NCBI GenBank assembly: GCA_045105315.1
Contig: JBGCDI010000003.1
Span: forward strand, 1,709-65,708
Length of the DNA: 64,000 nucleotides
Reading direction: 5' to 3'
DNA from: Phycisphaerales bacterium
Lineage (GTDB): Bacteria; Planctomycetota; Phycisphaerae; Phycisphaerales; UBA1924
Part shown: piece by piece, positions 46,134-56,082 of the stretch
Layout: each line of letters begins with the position of its first letter
Position numbering within the stretch: the stretch's first letter is position 1
Notes under the pieces: generated by a model
What the model was told of the DNA's origin: nothing
Database searches by the model: none
What the model saw: only the letters and a program-made list of their open reading frames with translations
Made by a program: the position numbers and the translations under genes

Positions 46134-47045
46134 TCACTCTGAAGTAAATCTTGTGAGCTTGCGTTGGATTTCAATCGCCAGCTTATGCGCGAGCCGGTGT
46201 CCAGATTTGTGAGCGGTGTACTCAGCAATCACACACTCACCAACGAGTGCGACATCACCAATCAGATCAAGAAGCTTATGAAGCCCGCACTCATCGGGAT
46301 CACGCAGCGCCGTTCCCATCGGTCCATCAGCGCCAAGCACCAACATCTGACCAATATCAAGATGTGCAAAGAGTCCCGCATTCTTCAGCACTACTGCTTC
46401 ATGTTCCAAACAAAATGTCCGCGCCGGCGCGATCCGTCTCGTGTACTCATCCGCATCACCATCCCACCGAACGGTGGTCTGTTTGATCGGTGAGTCATCG
46501 CCATAATCTATTGTGTACGCATACGAGCTCTGCGACCGATCGGTAGGCTGCGCCTGGATCCAAGAATCACCGTCTTCAACGCGCACAGTCTCGTCGAGCT
46601 TGATCGCATTGAGTGGTGCAACCTGAGCAACAGTACCCGCGCTTTGTATCGCGTCTACAAAGGGCAACGCAGATCCATCACCGATCGGAACCTCAGAATG
46701 ATCAAGCTCGATTCTTGCATTGGTAATCCCAAGACCAGCAAGCGCCGAGAGGACATGCTCAACAAGCCACACAGTCGAAGCACCAGATTCAAGAGCGCTG
46801 CATCGTGCCGGCATATGCGCAAACGCAGCATGCACAGGACGCTCACTGATCGCGCTGGCACCGACAGGTATCGACACGGTATCTATCGAAAACATGATCC
46901 CGTGATTCGCATCAGCAGGATGGATTGTGCACCGGCAATCCTTGCCCGTAAACAAACCAACCCCGTCAACCATCGCAGCCCTTGCGAGTGTCCGCTGGGA
47001 TTGAAGCGTGTGTGTATTCAATGTGGGTGATTCCATCGCGCTCAA
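46134..47045 (-). CDS. lpxC: UDP-3-O-acyl-N-acetylglucosamine deacetylase
   Basis: QRTLARAAMVDGVGLFTG...VEHVLSALAGLGITNARIELDHSEVPIGDGSALPFV. Confidence 0.9.
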   Translation of the reverse strand: MSAMESPTLNTHTLQSQRTLARAAMVDGVGLFTGKDCRCTIHPADANHGIMFSIDTVSIPVGASAISERPVHAAFAHMPARCSALESGASTVWLVEHVLSALAGLGITNARIELDHSEVPIGDGSALPFVDAIQSAGTVAQVAPLNAIKLDETVRVEDGDSWIQAQPTDRSQSSYAYTIDYGDDSPIKQTTVRWDGDADEYTRRIAPARTFCLEHEAVVLKNAGLFAHLDIGQMLVLGADGPMGTALRDPDECGLHKLLDLIGDVALVGECVIAEYTAHKSGHRLAHKLAIEIQRKLTRFTSE

Positions 47046-48185
47046 TCACGAGCCCGATTGCTGAGATTCAAGCTTCTTGAGTCGTTTCTCAACCGTGCGA
47101 ACAAACGAGCTTAGATCACGAAGCGATCCATAGTTTGCCAGCGCTTGCCGCGCCGGGATCGCGGGGATCCCTGCATAGGTTTCCCCTGCTGGGACCGTCT
47201 CAAGCACGATCGCGCCCCCCGCAACGCGTGCGCTCTTTCCGACCGTCGCGTGATCATTGAGCACAACCGCTCCACCAATCATCGCGTGATCACCAACAAC
47301 ACACGAACCACCAAGGGTCGTCCGCCCGCAGATCAACGCATCGGTCCCGACCACGCAGTTATGCGCGATGTGAACCTGGTTATCGATTTTGGTCCGGTCA
47401 CCGACCGTGGTTGATCCAAACTTCGCGCGATCAATCGTTACGCACGCGCCAAGCTCAACCTCATCACCAATCTCAACCGTCCCGATCTGAGGGACCTTAA
47501 TCGCAGCCCGGCTTTCCGTTGGAGGCAAATATCCAAACCCATCAGCGCCAATCACGCAGTTGGCGCCAAAGTCGCAATCGCTCCCGACAATACATCGATC
47601 TTCGATCACAACCCCAGAACCAAGCACCGTGTTCTCCCCGATCACAACTTCCGCACCAAGCGTCACATTGCTCACAAGAACAGCACCGCAGCCAACCTTC
47701 GTACCCGCACCAACACAGCACCCAGGCCCAACCGAAGCATCCTGATGAATCTCAGCAGTCGCATCAACAACCGCCGACGGATGAACCCCGCGTTCTGGGA
47801 GCGAGCGAGCAGGATTGATCGCACGCAAGATAGTCACCAATGCCAAATCCGCATCATCAACAACAATCAACGCACGCTCAGCTGGGTTGTGGCCCTCGAC
47901 ATCAACCCCCCTGGTCACCAGTGCGCATGCACACTTTGAATCCGCCCAAAGCTTCGCAAAGCTCTTCCCGCGGATAAAGGTCAGCGATCCAGAAACACCG
48001 TCCTCAATCGATCCAAGCGTTGAAACTTCAATATCAGGATTGCCAATCAGCTCTCCACCAAGAAGCACGCTCAGCTCTCCCGAGGTCATCGGAAAAGCGA
48101 TTGTGCTTTGCTGAGCAACAGGGTGGGCTGGTGTTTCGGTATCTGGTGAAGCCATAGAACTCATCGCAGTCTCAGTATACATCAT
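47046..48185 (-). CDS. lpxD: UDP-3-O-(3-hydroxyacyl)glucosamine N-acyltransferase
   Basis: 379 aa with a long left-handed beta-helix hexapeptide run (IGENTVLGSGVVIEDRCIVGSDCDFGANCVIG...). Abuts lpxC. Start uncertain. Confidence 0.9.
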   Translation of the reverse strand: MMYTETAMSSMASPDTETPAHPVAQQSTIAFPMTSGELSVLLGGELIGNPDIEVSTLGSIEDGVSGSLTFIRGKSFAKLWADSKCACALVTRGVDVEGHNPAERALIVVDDADLALVTILRAINPARSLPERGVHPSAVVDATAEIHQDASVGPGCCVGAGTKVGCGAVLVSNVTLGAEVVIGENTVLGSGVVIEDRCIVGSDCDFGANCVIGADGFGYLPPTESRAAIKVPQIGTVEIGDEVELGACVTIDRAKFGSTTVGDRTKIDNQVHIAHNCVVGTDALICGRTTLGGSCVVGDHAMIGGAVVLNDHATVGKSARVAGGAIVLETVPAGETYAGIPAIPARQALANYGSLRDLSSFVRTVEKRLKKLESQQSGS

Positions 48186-48237
48186 TTTGAAGATCGATTA
48201 CAGATCGAACTCTGCCATTCCAACCACCGAGCATGGT

Positions 48238-48852
48238 TTATGGCGAGTTAAACTCATTATTCATGAGTGTAATGACCTGCTGAGTGATATCAATCGATTC
48301 ATGGCGATACACAACACTCTTGGTGATGATCGCGCGATACACATCAGCATCAGGCGCATTCTCTGGAAGCGGGAACTGTGAGTCATCCATCAACACAATG
48401 TCGTACCCATCACGATTCGCGATATCCGCGATCGCTTGCTCGACCTTCATGTACATCCCAGCTCGCACCGAACCAAGATCAATCGAAACGATCTGCGACA
48501 AAACCTCTCTGCGAGCTTTGGCAACCGCTTGCTTCTCAAGGTACTCACGAAGCTTCTCGCGATGCTCATCGGTGCCACGCGTGAGCATCTGCAGATCCGC
48601 TTCAAGGATCTTAAGCTCTTCAACAATCTCGTCGAGCTGACGCTGACGAAGCTCGCGCCGGCTATTGAGCTGCTCCTCAAGAACCGCAGGCTCATCAAGC
48701 CCAGCAATCACATCAACAATATCAACCACCGCAATCGCAGTCGGTTGAGCAGGCGGACGAGCAGAACTCGCGCCAGCACGCAGCGCAAGAGCGCCGCCAA
48801 TCAAAAGGATCGAAGCAAAAAAAGTCGTCAGGGTGGTGTTCTTATTGAGCAT
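48238..48852 (-). CDS. skp: OmpH/Skp-family periplasmic chaperone
   Basis: 204 aa with a signal peptide and a coiled-coil Arg/Glu-rich body. Lies in the canonical position between bamA and lpxD. Confidence 0.8.
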   Translation of the reverse strand: MLNKNTTLTTFFASILLIGGALALRAGASSARPPAQPTAIAVVDIVDVIAGLDEPAVLEEQLNSRRELRQRQLDEIVEELKILEADLQMLTRGTDEHREKLREYLEKQAVAKARREVLSQIVSIDLGSVRAGMYMKVEQAIADIANRDGYDIVLMDDSQFPLPENAPDADVYRAIITKSVVYRHESIDITQQVITLMNNEFNSP

Positions 48853-48948
48853 TCAAGCAGTCTCCTAAGTCGTGGTTAAGTCGCTCCAATGGTATACCGC
48901 CCCCAGCGACCAGGGGTTGACATAAAAAACACAAGAAGATCAAAGCAA

Positions 48949-51696
48949 TCAGTTAAACGGGAGATCCACCGAGAAGGTGAACAAACGCTCTTCGTCTGTA
49001 TCTTCCTTCACAACCGGGAATCCGAAGTCAAACGCGAGCGGTGCCGGGGATAATGCCGGCATGTAGATCCGGAACCCGAACCCCACCGATACCCGGTATT
49101 CATCAAACCCAGGATCGAAGCTCACCGTACCCGAATCTATAAACGCCACCACCGACAACACCTCTTCATAGACCGGCTGCTGAATCTCAGCGCCAAGGAA
49201 GAACTGGAAAGTACCACCGATCGGATCCTCGGACGGAAGACCATTGTCATTCCGTACACCGCGAGGCGAAACCGTACGGAAGTCAAACCCCCGCATGTCC
49301 TGACCACCCATGTAGTACCGCTCGTAAGTGGGGGTGTTGTCGCGCCCTTGCGGGATATATCCAAGCTCGCTGCTGAACTTGAGAATAGTTGATCGACCCA
49401 GATAATCCTCGCGGATCGGGACAAAGGTCGTGTGCCTGATATTCATCGGGGTGAACTCAAAGTCACCCACAACCTGCTCAATACTCAGCGAAGTCCGTGA
49501 ACCACGCGTCGGTCGGAACTGTGAATCAAGCGTTGTGCGCGAAAGCGAAGCAGACAATCCAACAAGCGTCGTCGGATCAGCAACCGCAAACACATCAGTC
49601 GTCCGTGATGGATCAATATTCCCAAGCTCAATCAGGTTGTACCGGAACCCAATGTTCCCGGTCCATCGTGATCCAAACCGCCGGCCAACCCCAAGAGTCG
49701 CCCCTGCCCGCTGCTCATCAAACTCATCGAAGTCTCGGTTCCGGAAGAACGCACTCGCTGATCCAGAATAGTTTGACTCAAACAGATACGGATCAGAAAG
49801 CGAAATCCGGTAGGTCTGCACCTCATTACCAGGAAGCACTTCAATCTGGAATGTTTGTCCGCCGCCGCGGAAAGCACGCCCAGAAATGAACTCGCCAAAC
49901 GAATCGGGTGTATCGCGGATATCAAAGTTCCGCTGAGTGACCGCGATCCGTCCAACCACACCAGAGTCCGAGGACACCGCGCCACCAAGGTCAAAGTTCC
50001 CCGTATTGGTTTCTTCGATTTCAATCAGCACATCGCGGAACTTCGAGTTATCCGGAGGAGTCAGCGTTAACGAGATCGGGTCTGTGAGCGGATCGCCAAC
50101 TGACTGCCTTGTCCCGTTTCCCGTTCCTGCATCCGCATCATCACTTGGTGGTGCCGACGGCGCCCGTCGAGCACGAGGCACAAACTCATCGTCCCAAACC
50201 TGCGCCAAAAATTCAACCCCAGATTCCTGCGGAGTCACCTTCGCGCCGCTGCGATCATTAAACAACCGAAGCAAACGCAAACGAGTCTTAGAACGCTCCA
50301 TCGCATTGGAATCAAGCGGCCGAGTCGGGCGCAGCTCCACCTGCCTGCGAATCACTTCCTGGCGCGTCAGATCATTCCCCTGAACAATCACCTCACCCAC
50401 ACGCGACCGGCCACCCTCAGAGATCGCAATCACCAAATCAACCAAAGGGTCATTCTCGTCACGGCGCTCTAAACGCTCAACCTGCGCATCGATGTACCCC
50501 ATCTGACCATACGCTTCGCGCACAATGTCAAGCGATTCATCCAAATCACGCACAGAATACACATCACCAGGCTTAATCGTCATCAGTCCCGCGATCTGAT
50601 CCCCGCTCAAAATCGGTTCACGATCCTCACCAGTCTGAATATCGACCTGCACCTCGCGCATCGTGTACAGCGAACCCTCTTCAATCAAATAAGTCACAAT
50701 CGCTTCACGACCATTGGGAGCAGGCTGAACCAACCGGTCCGCGCGAATATCAAGATAACCCCGGTCCCGGTAGAACTCGATCAGGTTCCCAATATCAACC
50801 GCAAGCACCTCGTCATCAAGCTGACCCCTCCGGAACAAGTTCGCCTTCTTGGTTTCAATCTCGCGCCTGAGCTTCTTGTTCTCGAATGCTTCATTCCCTG
50901 AGAAACGGATACCGGTCACGCGGAGCCGGTTACCCTCAAGCACACGGAAGATCACGAGCCCAGTATCGGCTAGCTCTTCTTCATCGATATTCACGCGCAC
51001 AAAGTAGTACCCTTTGCCGCGGTACAGTTCTTCAATCCTGCGTGCAGATCGATCAATCTGGAACCGGTCGATCGGTGTCCCCGCGATCACATCAACAACC
51101 CCTTGGATCTCAGCATCGCTGATCTCTGTGTTGCCTGTAACCTGAACATCAATCACCTGCATCCGTTCGAGCAGATCAAACGCGATTTCAACCTCGCCTG
51201 TATCAGTCAACCCAGCATAAATCTCAACGCGTTGAAACAGCCCAAGCCTATTGAGCTGACGAACATCATCACGGACCTGCTGAGCATCAAAGATCCCGCC
51301 CGATTGTGATCGAAGCACATTGATCGCTTGTTGACGAGCTTCCGGACTCAGCGTCGACCGCTCCCCGTCGCTCAAAATCGAACCACGCACAAGCACCTGA
51401 TAGATCGGCCGGTTCTCGTAGACATCAATGTCCCGAACCTCACCCGGCCCACCAAACCCATCATCTTGACCATGCGCGACCTGTGCGAACCCGCCAATTC
51501 CAATCCCAACCCCAGCAAGACTCGCGAGTGATCCCGCAGACCATCCCGAACCAACAACAATCCCCATCGCAGCGCCCGCGCGCAGCGACCCGCTCCCAGC
51601 AAACGAGAATCTCTGCATGAATCTTGAGGACCGGTTCGAGGACCGGTCAGCAGTAGATGGTTGTTCAAAGCGCGTCATACGAACTGGACAATACAC
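48949..51696 (-). CDS. bamA: outer-membrane protein assembly factor BamA
   Basis: POTRA-like repeats followed by an Omp85 barrel (GGQDMRGFDFRTVSPRG...RISLSDPYLF...). The likely start is the Met at 51618 (MQRFSFAGS...). Confidence 0.88.
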   Translation of the reverse strand: MYCPVRMTRFEQPSTADRSSNRSSRFMQRFSFAGSGSLRAGAAMGIVVGSGWSAGSLASLAGVGIGIGGFAQVAHGQDDGFGGPGEVRDIDVYENRPIYQVLVRGSILSDGERSTLSPEARQQAINVLRSQSGGIFDAQQVRDDVRQLNRLGLFQRVEIYAGLTDTGEVEIAFDLLERMQVIDVQVTGNTEISDAEIQGVVDVIAGTPIDRFQIDRSARRIEELYRGKGYYFVRVNIDEEELADTGLVIFRVLEGNRLRVTGIRFSGNEAFENKKLRREIETKKANLFRRGQLDDEVLAVDIGNLIEFYRDRGYLDIRADRLVQPAPNGREAIVTYLIEEGSLYTMREVQVDIQTGEDREPILSGDQIAGLMTIKPGDVYSVRDLDESLDIVREAYGQMGYIDAQVERLERRDENDPLVDLVIAISEGGRSRVGEVIVQGNDLTRQEVIRRQVELRPTRPLDSNAMERSKTRLRLLRLFNDRSGAKVTPQESGVEFLAQVWDDEFVPRARRAPSAPPSDDADAGTGNGTRQSVGDPLTDPISLTLTPPDNSKFRDVLIEIEETNTGNFDLGGAVSSDSGVVGRIAVTQRNFDIRDTPDSFGEFISGRAFRGGGQTFQIEVLPGNEVQTYRISLSDPYLFESNYSGSASAFFRNRDFDEFDEQRAGATLGVGRRFGSRWTGNIGFRYNLIELGNIDPSRTTDVFAVADPTTLVGLSASLSRTTLDSQFRPTRGSRTSLSIEQVVGDFEFTPMNIRHTTFVPIREDYLGRSTILKFSSELGYIPQGRDNTPTYERYYMGGQDMRGFDFRTVSPRGVRNDNGLPSEDPIGGTFQFFLGAEIQQPVYEEVLSVVAFIDSGTVSFDPGFDEYRVSVGFGFRIYMPALSPAPLAFDFGFPVVKEDTDEERLFTFSVDLPFN

Positions 51697-51929
51697 ACCG
51701 CAACCCGCTTACACCATCGACTGCCCGAATGAATCACACAAGAATCATTCTATAGACAGCCGACCCGCATTCAATCCACGAATGCCTCCGCCAACTACCC
51801 AGCACGCAATCTCCGGAATCTTTCCAAACTGTATTGGTCATCACACCATCCCCCCGATATTGTGTGACCAGGCGACCACAGATTGAACCAGACACGCCAT
51901 TCGTTCCACAACACGCGCGAAAGCACCCA

Positions 51930-52400
51930 ATGACCATGCGTACCCAGTCATCACACTTCCGCTCTCCACAACAATCAGCACTCGGCTCAACCATCCAGTG
52001 GACGGCGCTGGTATCAATCGCTGTGCTCACTGTCCTCACCGGGATCGCCGTCCTGATCGCTCTCATGAGCCCCGCAACAATCCAGTCCGCACCCACAATC
52101 GCCCTGGTCTGTGTCCTGGTCCTGCTCTGTGTCCCCGTCCCAGTCCTGATGCTCGAAAGAAACAAACGCAAAAACCCAGCCAGTATCCGCACTAACACCC
52201 CCACACAACTCCACCAACCCACCTCCAAACAGAATCACCTCAACCCAGATTCACTCCAACACAACGATCGAACCCGGACCAGCAGACCAACCATCACCCA
52301 CGGCCCTCACGATCCCGATCCCACACACGCTTCCCAAGACCACCAAACACACAAAAACAACCGCCAAACCCAAGAACGAGCAAAACAAGCCGGCATGTAA
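51930..52400 (+). CDS. possible small two-TM protein with low-complexity T/P/H/Q tail
   Basis: Lies in a 776-bp gap between bamA and dnaN. TM-like WTALVSIAVLTVLTGIAVLIAL and IALVCVLVLLCVPVPVLML. It could be a chance ORF in a T-poor strand. Confidence 0.3.
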   Translation: MTMRTQSSHFRSPQQSALGSTIQWTALVSIAVLTVLTGIAVLIALMSPATIQSAPTIALVCVLVLLCVPVPVLMLERNKRKNPASIRTNTPTQLHQPTSKQNHLNPDSLQHNDRTRTSRPTITHGPHDPDPTHASQDHQTHKNNRQTQERAKQAGM

Positions 52401-52472
52401 ATGCAGGCTCATGCCATAACTCGCGCCACAGCTTGTTGTGTAAGTATTTTGTTGTAAACAACTTGGGCGTGT

Positions 52473-53642
52473 CTAGCTCAGATTCACAGGCATCACAACA
52501 TACACAAAGTCGGTCCCCGCTTTGAATAAGCCAGGCTTATTCCCAGACTTAAGCTCGATCATCACCTCAGCATCATCGATCACCTTGAGCGCATCGGTGA
52601 TAAACGCAGGGTTAAACCCAATCTCGATATCATCCCCGTCATATCCCGCAAGCTCAACCTGAATCGTTGCTTCACCCATTTCTGGAGCGCGAGAAGAAAG
52701 TTCCAAAGATTTCTCGCCACCATTAAACGCGAGACGAACGCCCCGAGATTCCTCATTAGTCAACAGTGCAGCACGCTTCACCGCTGATGCGAGCACTTCC
52801 TTCCGAAAGGTCACCTTGATGTCCTGATCCTTGGGAATCACATCCTCATAAGGCGGGAAAGTCCCCTCAACCAGATTCGTCGAAAGGGTCGCCCGAGCAT
52901 CCATCGGATCCTCACCAAACACGATCACGCCCTGATTGTCGGTCACCGCGATGTGCACCAGTTCACTGTCGTCTGCGACCATCTTCTGGATCATCGAGAG
53001 CGCTTTGGATGGAAGAATGCACTGCGCCGGATCACCCTTAGAATCAATCGTCGCGTGACTCTTTGCAAGCCGGCGACCATCAGTCGCAATCAAATCCAGC
53101 TTCTTACCATCACGAACCAAAAGCACACCATTAATCGCGTACCGCGAGTTCTCACGAGCCGCGGCAAACAGCGTCCGAGCAATCAACGAATCAAGCGTAC
53201 CCGCTTCAATCGAGAAGATCGATTTAGCTGCAGGACTCGAAGCAGAACCGCTCGAAACCCCTTTGAAATCAGCAAGTTGCGGGAAGTCGCCCGCACTAAA
53301 TCCATGAAGCTGGAAGTGGGCATCAGCGCCACGGATGTGCGTAGTTTCACCGCTGGATTCGATCGTAAGCGTCGGTTCATTGTCCTCAGCAGACACGATC
53401 TGGCGAAGCTTGTCCGCCGGAACCAAACAGCTCCCCTCTTGCTCAACCTCGACGCGTCCGATCCGCACACTGAGCGCAATCTCTGCATCAGTTCCCGAGA
53501 GGGTAAGTTCAGCACCCTGTGCATCGTTGGTCGCTGTGAGCTTGATACAGGTCAGCTGAGGACGAGGGGAGCGTGAAGCCACCACACCTGAGACCTGATT
53601 GACCGCTTCGAGCAGCGCCGCTCGTTCGCAGATAACTTTCAT
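52473..53642 (-). CDS. dnaN: DNA polymerase III subunit beta (sliding clamp)
   Basis: The Met at 53642 gives MKVICERAALLEAVNQVSGVV. Three-domain clamp pattern ending ...YVVMPVNLS. Confidence 0.92.
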   Translation of the reverse strand: MKVICERAALLEAVNQVSGVVASRSPRPQLTCIKLTATNDAQGAELTLSGTDAEIALSVRIGRVEVEQEGSCLVPADKLRQIVSAEDNEPTLTIESSGETTHIRGADAHFQLHGFSAGDFPQLADFKGVSSGSASSPAAKSIFSIEAGTLDSLIARTLFAAARENSRYAINGVLLVRDGKKLDLIATDGRRLAKSHATIDSKGDPAQCILPSKALSMIQKMVADDSELVHIAVTDNQGVIVFGEDPMDARATLSTNLVEGTFPPYEDVIPKDQDIKVTFRKEVLASAVKRAALLTNEESRGVRLAFNGGEKSLELSSRAPEMGEATIQVELAGYDGDDIEIGFNPAFITDALKVIDDAEVMIELKSGNKPGLFKAGTDFVYVVMPVNLS

Positions 53643-53700
53643 AGATTCGCTCCATCCGCCCATTCAAGCGGTCTTCATTCCCACAGACCGAGTCCAAAGC

Positions 53701-53718
53701 CTCGATTCTAGAATCGAG
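53701..53718. promoter_or_regulatory. perfect 18-bp palindrome in the dnaN/tkt divergent intergenic region
   Basis: CTCGATTCTAGAATCGAG lies about 60 nt upstream of the dnaN start. Confidence 0.4.
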
Positions 53719-54019
53719 ACACAACTCGTCAACTAGATCCAGACACAGGCACAGCGCCCAGATGTCCGGGTTTGGGGCCTGTATATTAGCAGAGCCTCGC
53801 TCCCAAAGCTCTCCCCGCAACCACCCCTTACCATCATTATCCATCAATTTCACACCCCCTAAACCTCCCAACAGATGTTGCACCCAACAACCGGTGCTAG
53901 ACTTACACTCAGTACACAACTTACCCGCGACCGCCGCGCTCCGGACCCCTATTTCCTCGTGTTGAGGCCGGTGACAGGGGTCCAGGAAGGGCGGCATCGT
54001 CGTTTTTGGAGGTCCCCCT

Positions 54020-55990
54020 ATGTCATTCGAAGCCGCAATCCATGCCCAAGCAATCGAACTCGATCGCCTCTCCCTCGAGATGACCGCCGCCTCAGGCACC
54101 GGTCACCCCACCAGCGCCATGAGCATCGGACACATCGTCACGACCCTCATGTTCTCCGCGATGCGATGGTCACCAGACTACCCAAACTACCCGACCTCAG
54201 ACCGTCTCGTCCTCTCCGAAGGACACGCTGTCCCCGCGGTCTACGCCGCGATGGCCACACTGGGCGTCGTTGTTGGTAAAGCAGACGACCGCCGCAAACT
54301 CACCGTCGATGACCTAAGCACACTCCGCGAATGGCACTCCGTCCTCGATGGTCACCCAAACCCAATGGAAGGGGTCGACTTCTTCGACGCCGCAACCGGT
54401 TCACTCGGTCAAGGACTCTCCGTCGCTGCAGGGGTTGCCAAAGCCGCCCGCATCGATGGTCTCGAGCGCCGGATCTTCTGCATCTGTGGCGACGGCGAAG
54501 TCCGCGAAGGACAAATCGCCGAAGCAATGGACTTCATCGTTGATCACCAACTCTCCAATGTCTGCACCATCGTCAACTGCAACGAGTACGGACAAGCAGA
54601 CCGCGTCTCGGGACAACAATCCCCAGAAGTCCTCGCCGCCAAGTTCGCTGCCTACGGCTTCGAAGTCATCAGCATCGACGGACACGCACCAGATCAAATC
54701 AAATCAGCATTCGATCGCTTCGCAGAAATCTCAAACGATCCAAACGCCAAACCAGTCGCCGTCATCGCAACCACAGTCAAAGGTTGGGGCTGCCCATCAC
54801 TCCAAGGAGGAGGATGGCACGGCAAACCCGCCACCGGTGACGCACTCGAAAAAGCAATCGCAGAACTCAACGAAGCACGCATCGAACTCACCTCCTCACT
54901 CGCAGGAACCGACCAGTTCACCATCGACCCACCAGTCCAAGCACCAGACCGCGCCCTCCCATCAGACGAACTCCTCACGCTCTCCGAAGCGATGAAAGAT
55001 CTCGACATGGAAAGCGTCCTCCACACCGGAAAGTTCGCCACCCGCAAAGCCTACGGCGTTGCCCTCCGTGCACTGGGAGCCACCAACCCAGATGTCGTCG
55101 TCCTCGACGCCGATGTCTCCAACTCAACCTTCTCAGAAACCTTCGCAAAGAACAAAGACAACGCACCCCGGTTCATCGAATGCAAAATCGCTGAGCAAAA
55201 CATGATCAGCGTCGGCGCAGGAATGTCCGCTGCTGGCAAAATCCCGTTCTGCTCAAGCTTCGCCAAGTTCCTCACCCGCGCCTACGACCAAATCGAAATG
55301 GGTATGAACTCAGGCGCGAACCTCAAGATCGTCGGTTCACACTCCGGGATCACCCTCGCAGCAGACGGCCCATCCCAGATGTCACTCCCCGATGTCGCGT
55401 GGTTCCGTTCACTCTCACAAACCACAGATCACAACGGCAACCCCGGATGCTACATCCTCCAGCCATCCGACGCCTACGCCGCCTACGCACTCACCTCAAC
55501 CATGGCTGAGTACGAAGGCATGTGCTACATGCGTACCCTCCGCGCTGACACCGAACTGTTGTACTCCGACGACCATGTCTTTAACCTGGGTGGATTCGAA
55601 ACCCTCGCACAAGGACGCGACATCGTCCTCGCTGCATCAGGAATCATGGTCCACGAAGGCAACAAAGCCGTCGAACTCCTCGACAAAGCAGGCGTCTCCG
55701 CAACCCTCCTCGATATGTACTCGATCCCGTTCGACACCGACAAACTCTTGGACATCGTCGCCGCCAACGGCGGATTCGTCATCTCCCTCGAAGACAACTA
55801 CGGAGGAGGACTGGGCTCAGCAATCGCAGACGCTCTCATGGAATCCGGAGACGGTTTCGAACTCACACAAATGTTCGTAAACAAAATCCCCAAGAGCGCC
55901 AAGACCCCAGAAGAAATGCTCCAGATGACCGGCCTGACCGCAGAAGACATTGTCAACAAAGTCATGGCCCTCCTCGGCGTCCCCGTCTAA
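54020..55990 (+). CDS. tkt: transketolase
   Basis: 656 aa with GTGHPTSAMSIGHIV, SEGHAVPAVYA and the TPP motif GDGEVREGQIAEAMDF...N. Pyrimidine-binding and C-terminal domains are present. Confidence 0.9.
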   Translation: MSFEAAIHAQAIELDRLSLEMTAASGTGHPTSAMSIGHIVTTLMFSAMRWSPDYPNYPTSDRLVLSEGHAVPAVYAAMATLGVVVGKADDRRKLTVDDLSTLREWHSVLDGHPNPMEGVDFFDAATGSLGQGLSVAAGVAKAARIDGLERRIFCICGDGEVREGQIAEAMDFIVDHQLSNVCTIVNCNEYGQADRVSGQQSPEVLAAKFAAYGFEVISIDGHAPDQIKSAFDRFAEISNDPNAKPVAVIATTVKGWGCPSLQGGGWHGKPATGDALEKAIAELNEARIELTSSLAGTDQFTIDPPVQAPDRALPSDELLTLSEAMKDLDMESVLHTGKFATRKAYGVALRALGATNPDVVVLDADVSNSTFSETFAKNKDNAPRFIECKIAEQNMISVGAGMSAAGKIPFCSSFAKFLTRAYDQIEMGMNSGANLKIVGSHSGITLAADGPSQMSLPDVAWFRSLSQTTDHNGNPGCYILQPSDAYAAYALTSTMAEYEGMCYMRTLRADTELLYSDDHVFNLGGFETLAQGRDIVLAASGIMVHEGNKAVELLDKAGVSATLLDMYSIPFDTDKLLDIVAANGGFVISLEDNYGGGLGSAIADALMESGDGFELTQMFVNKIPKSAKTPEEMLQMTGLTAEDIVNKVMALLGVPV

Positions 55991-56011
55991 ATCTTCTGAA
56001 TCGCATCAAGT

Positions 56012-56044
56012 AAAAAGAACCCCGGACTCGTCCGGGGTTCTTTC
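56012..56044. terminator. bidirectional hairpin terminator between the convergent tkt and 56083..57129 genes
   Basis: gaaccccgga-ctcg-tccggggttc flanked by aaaaa and ttt. Confidence 0.6.
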
Positions 56045-56082
56045 GTATATTGATCAGTCCTGAATCAACTCACATCGAATAC

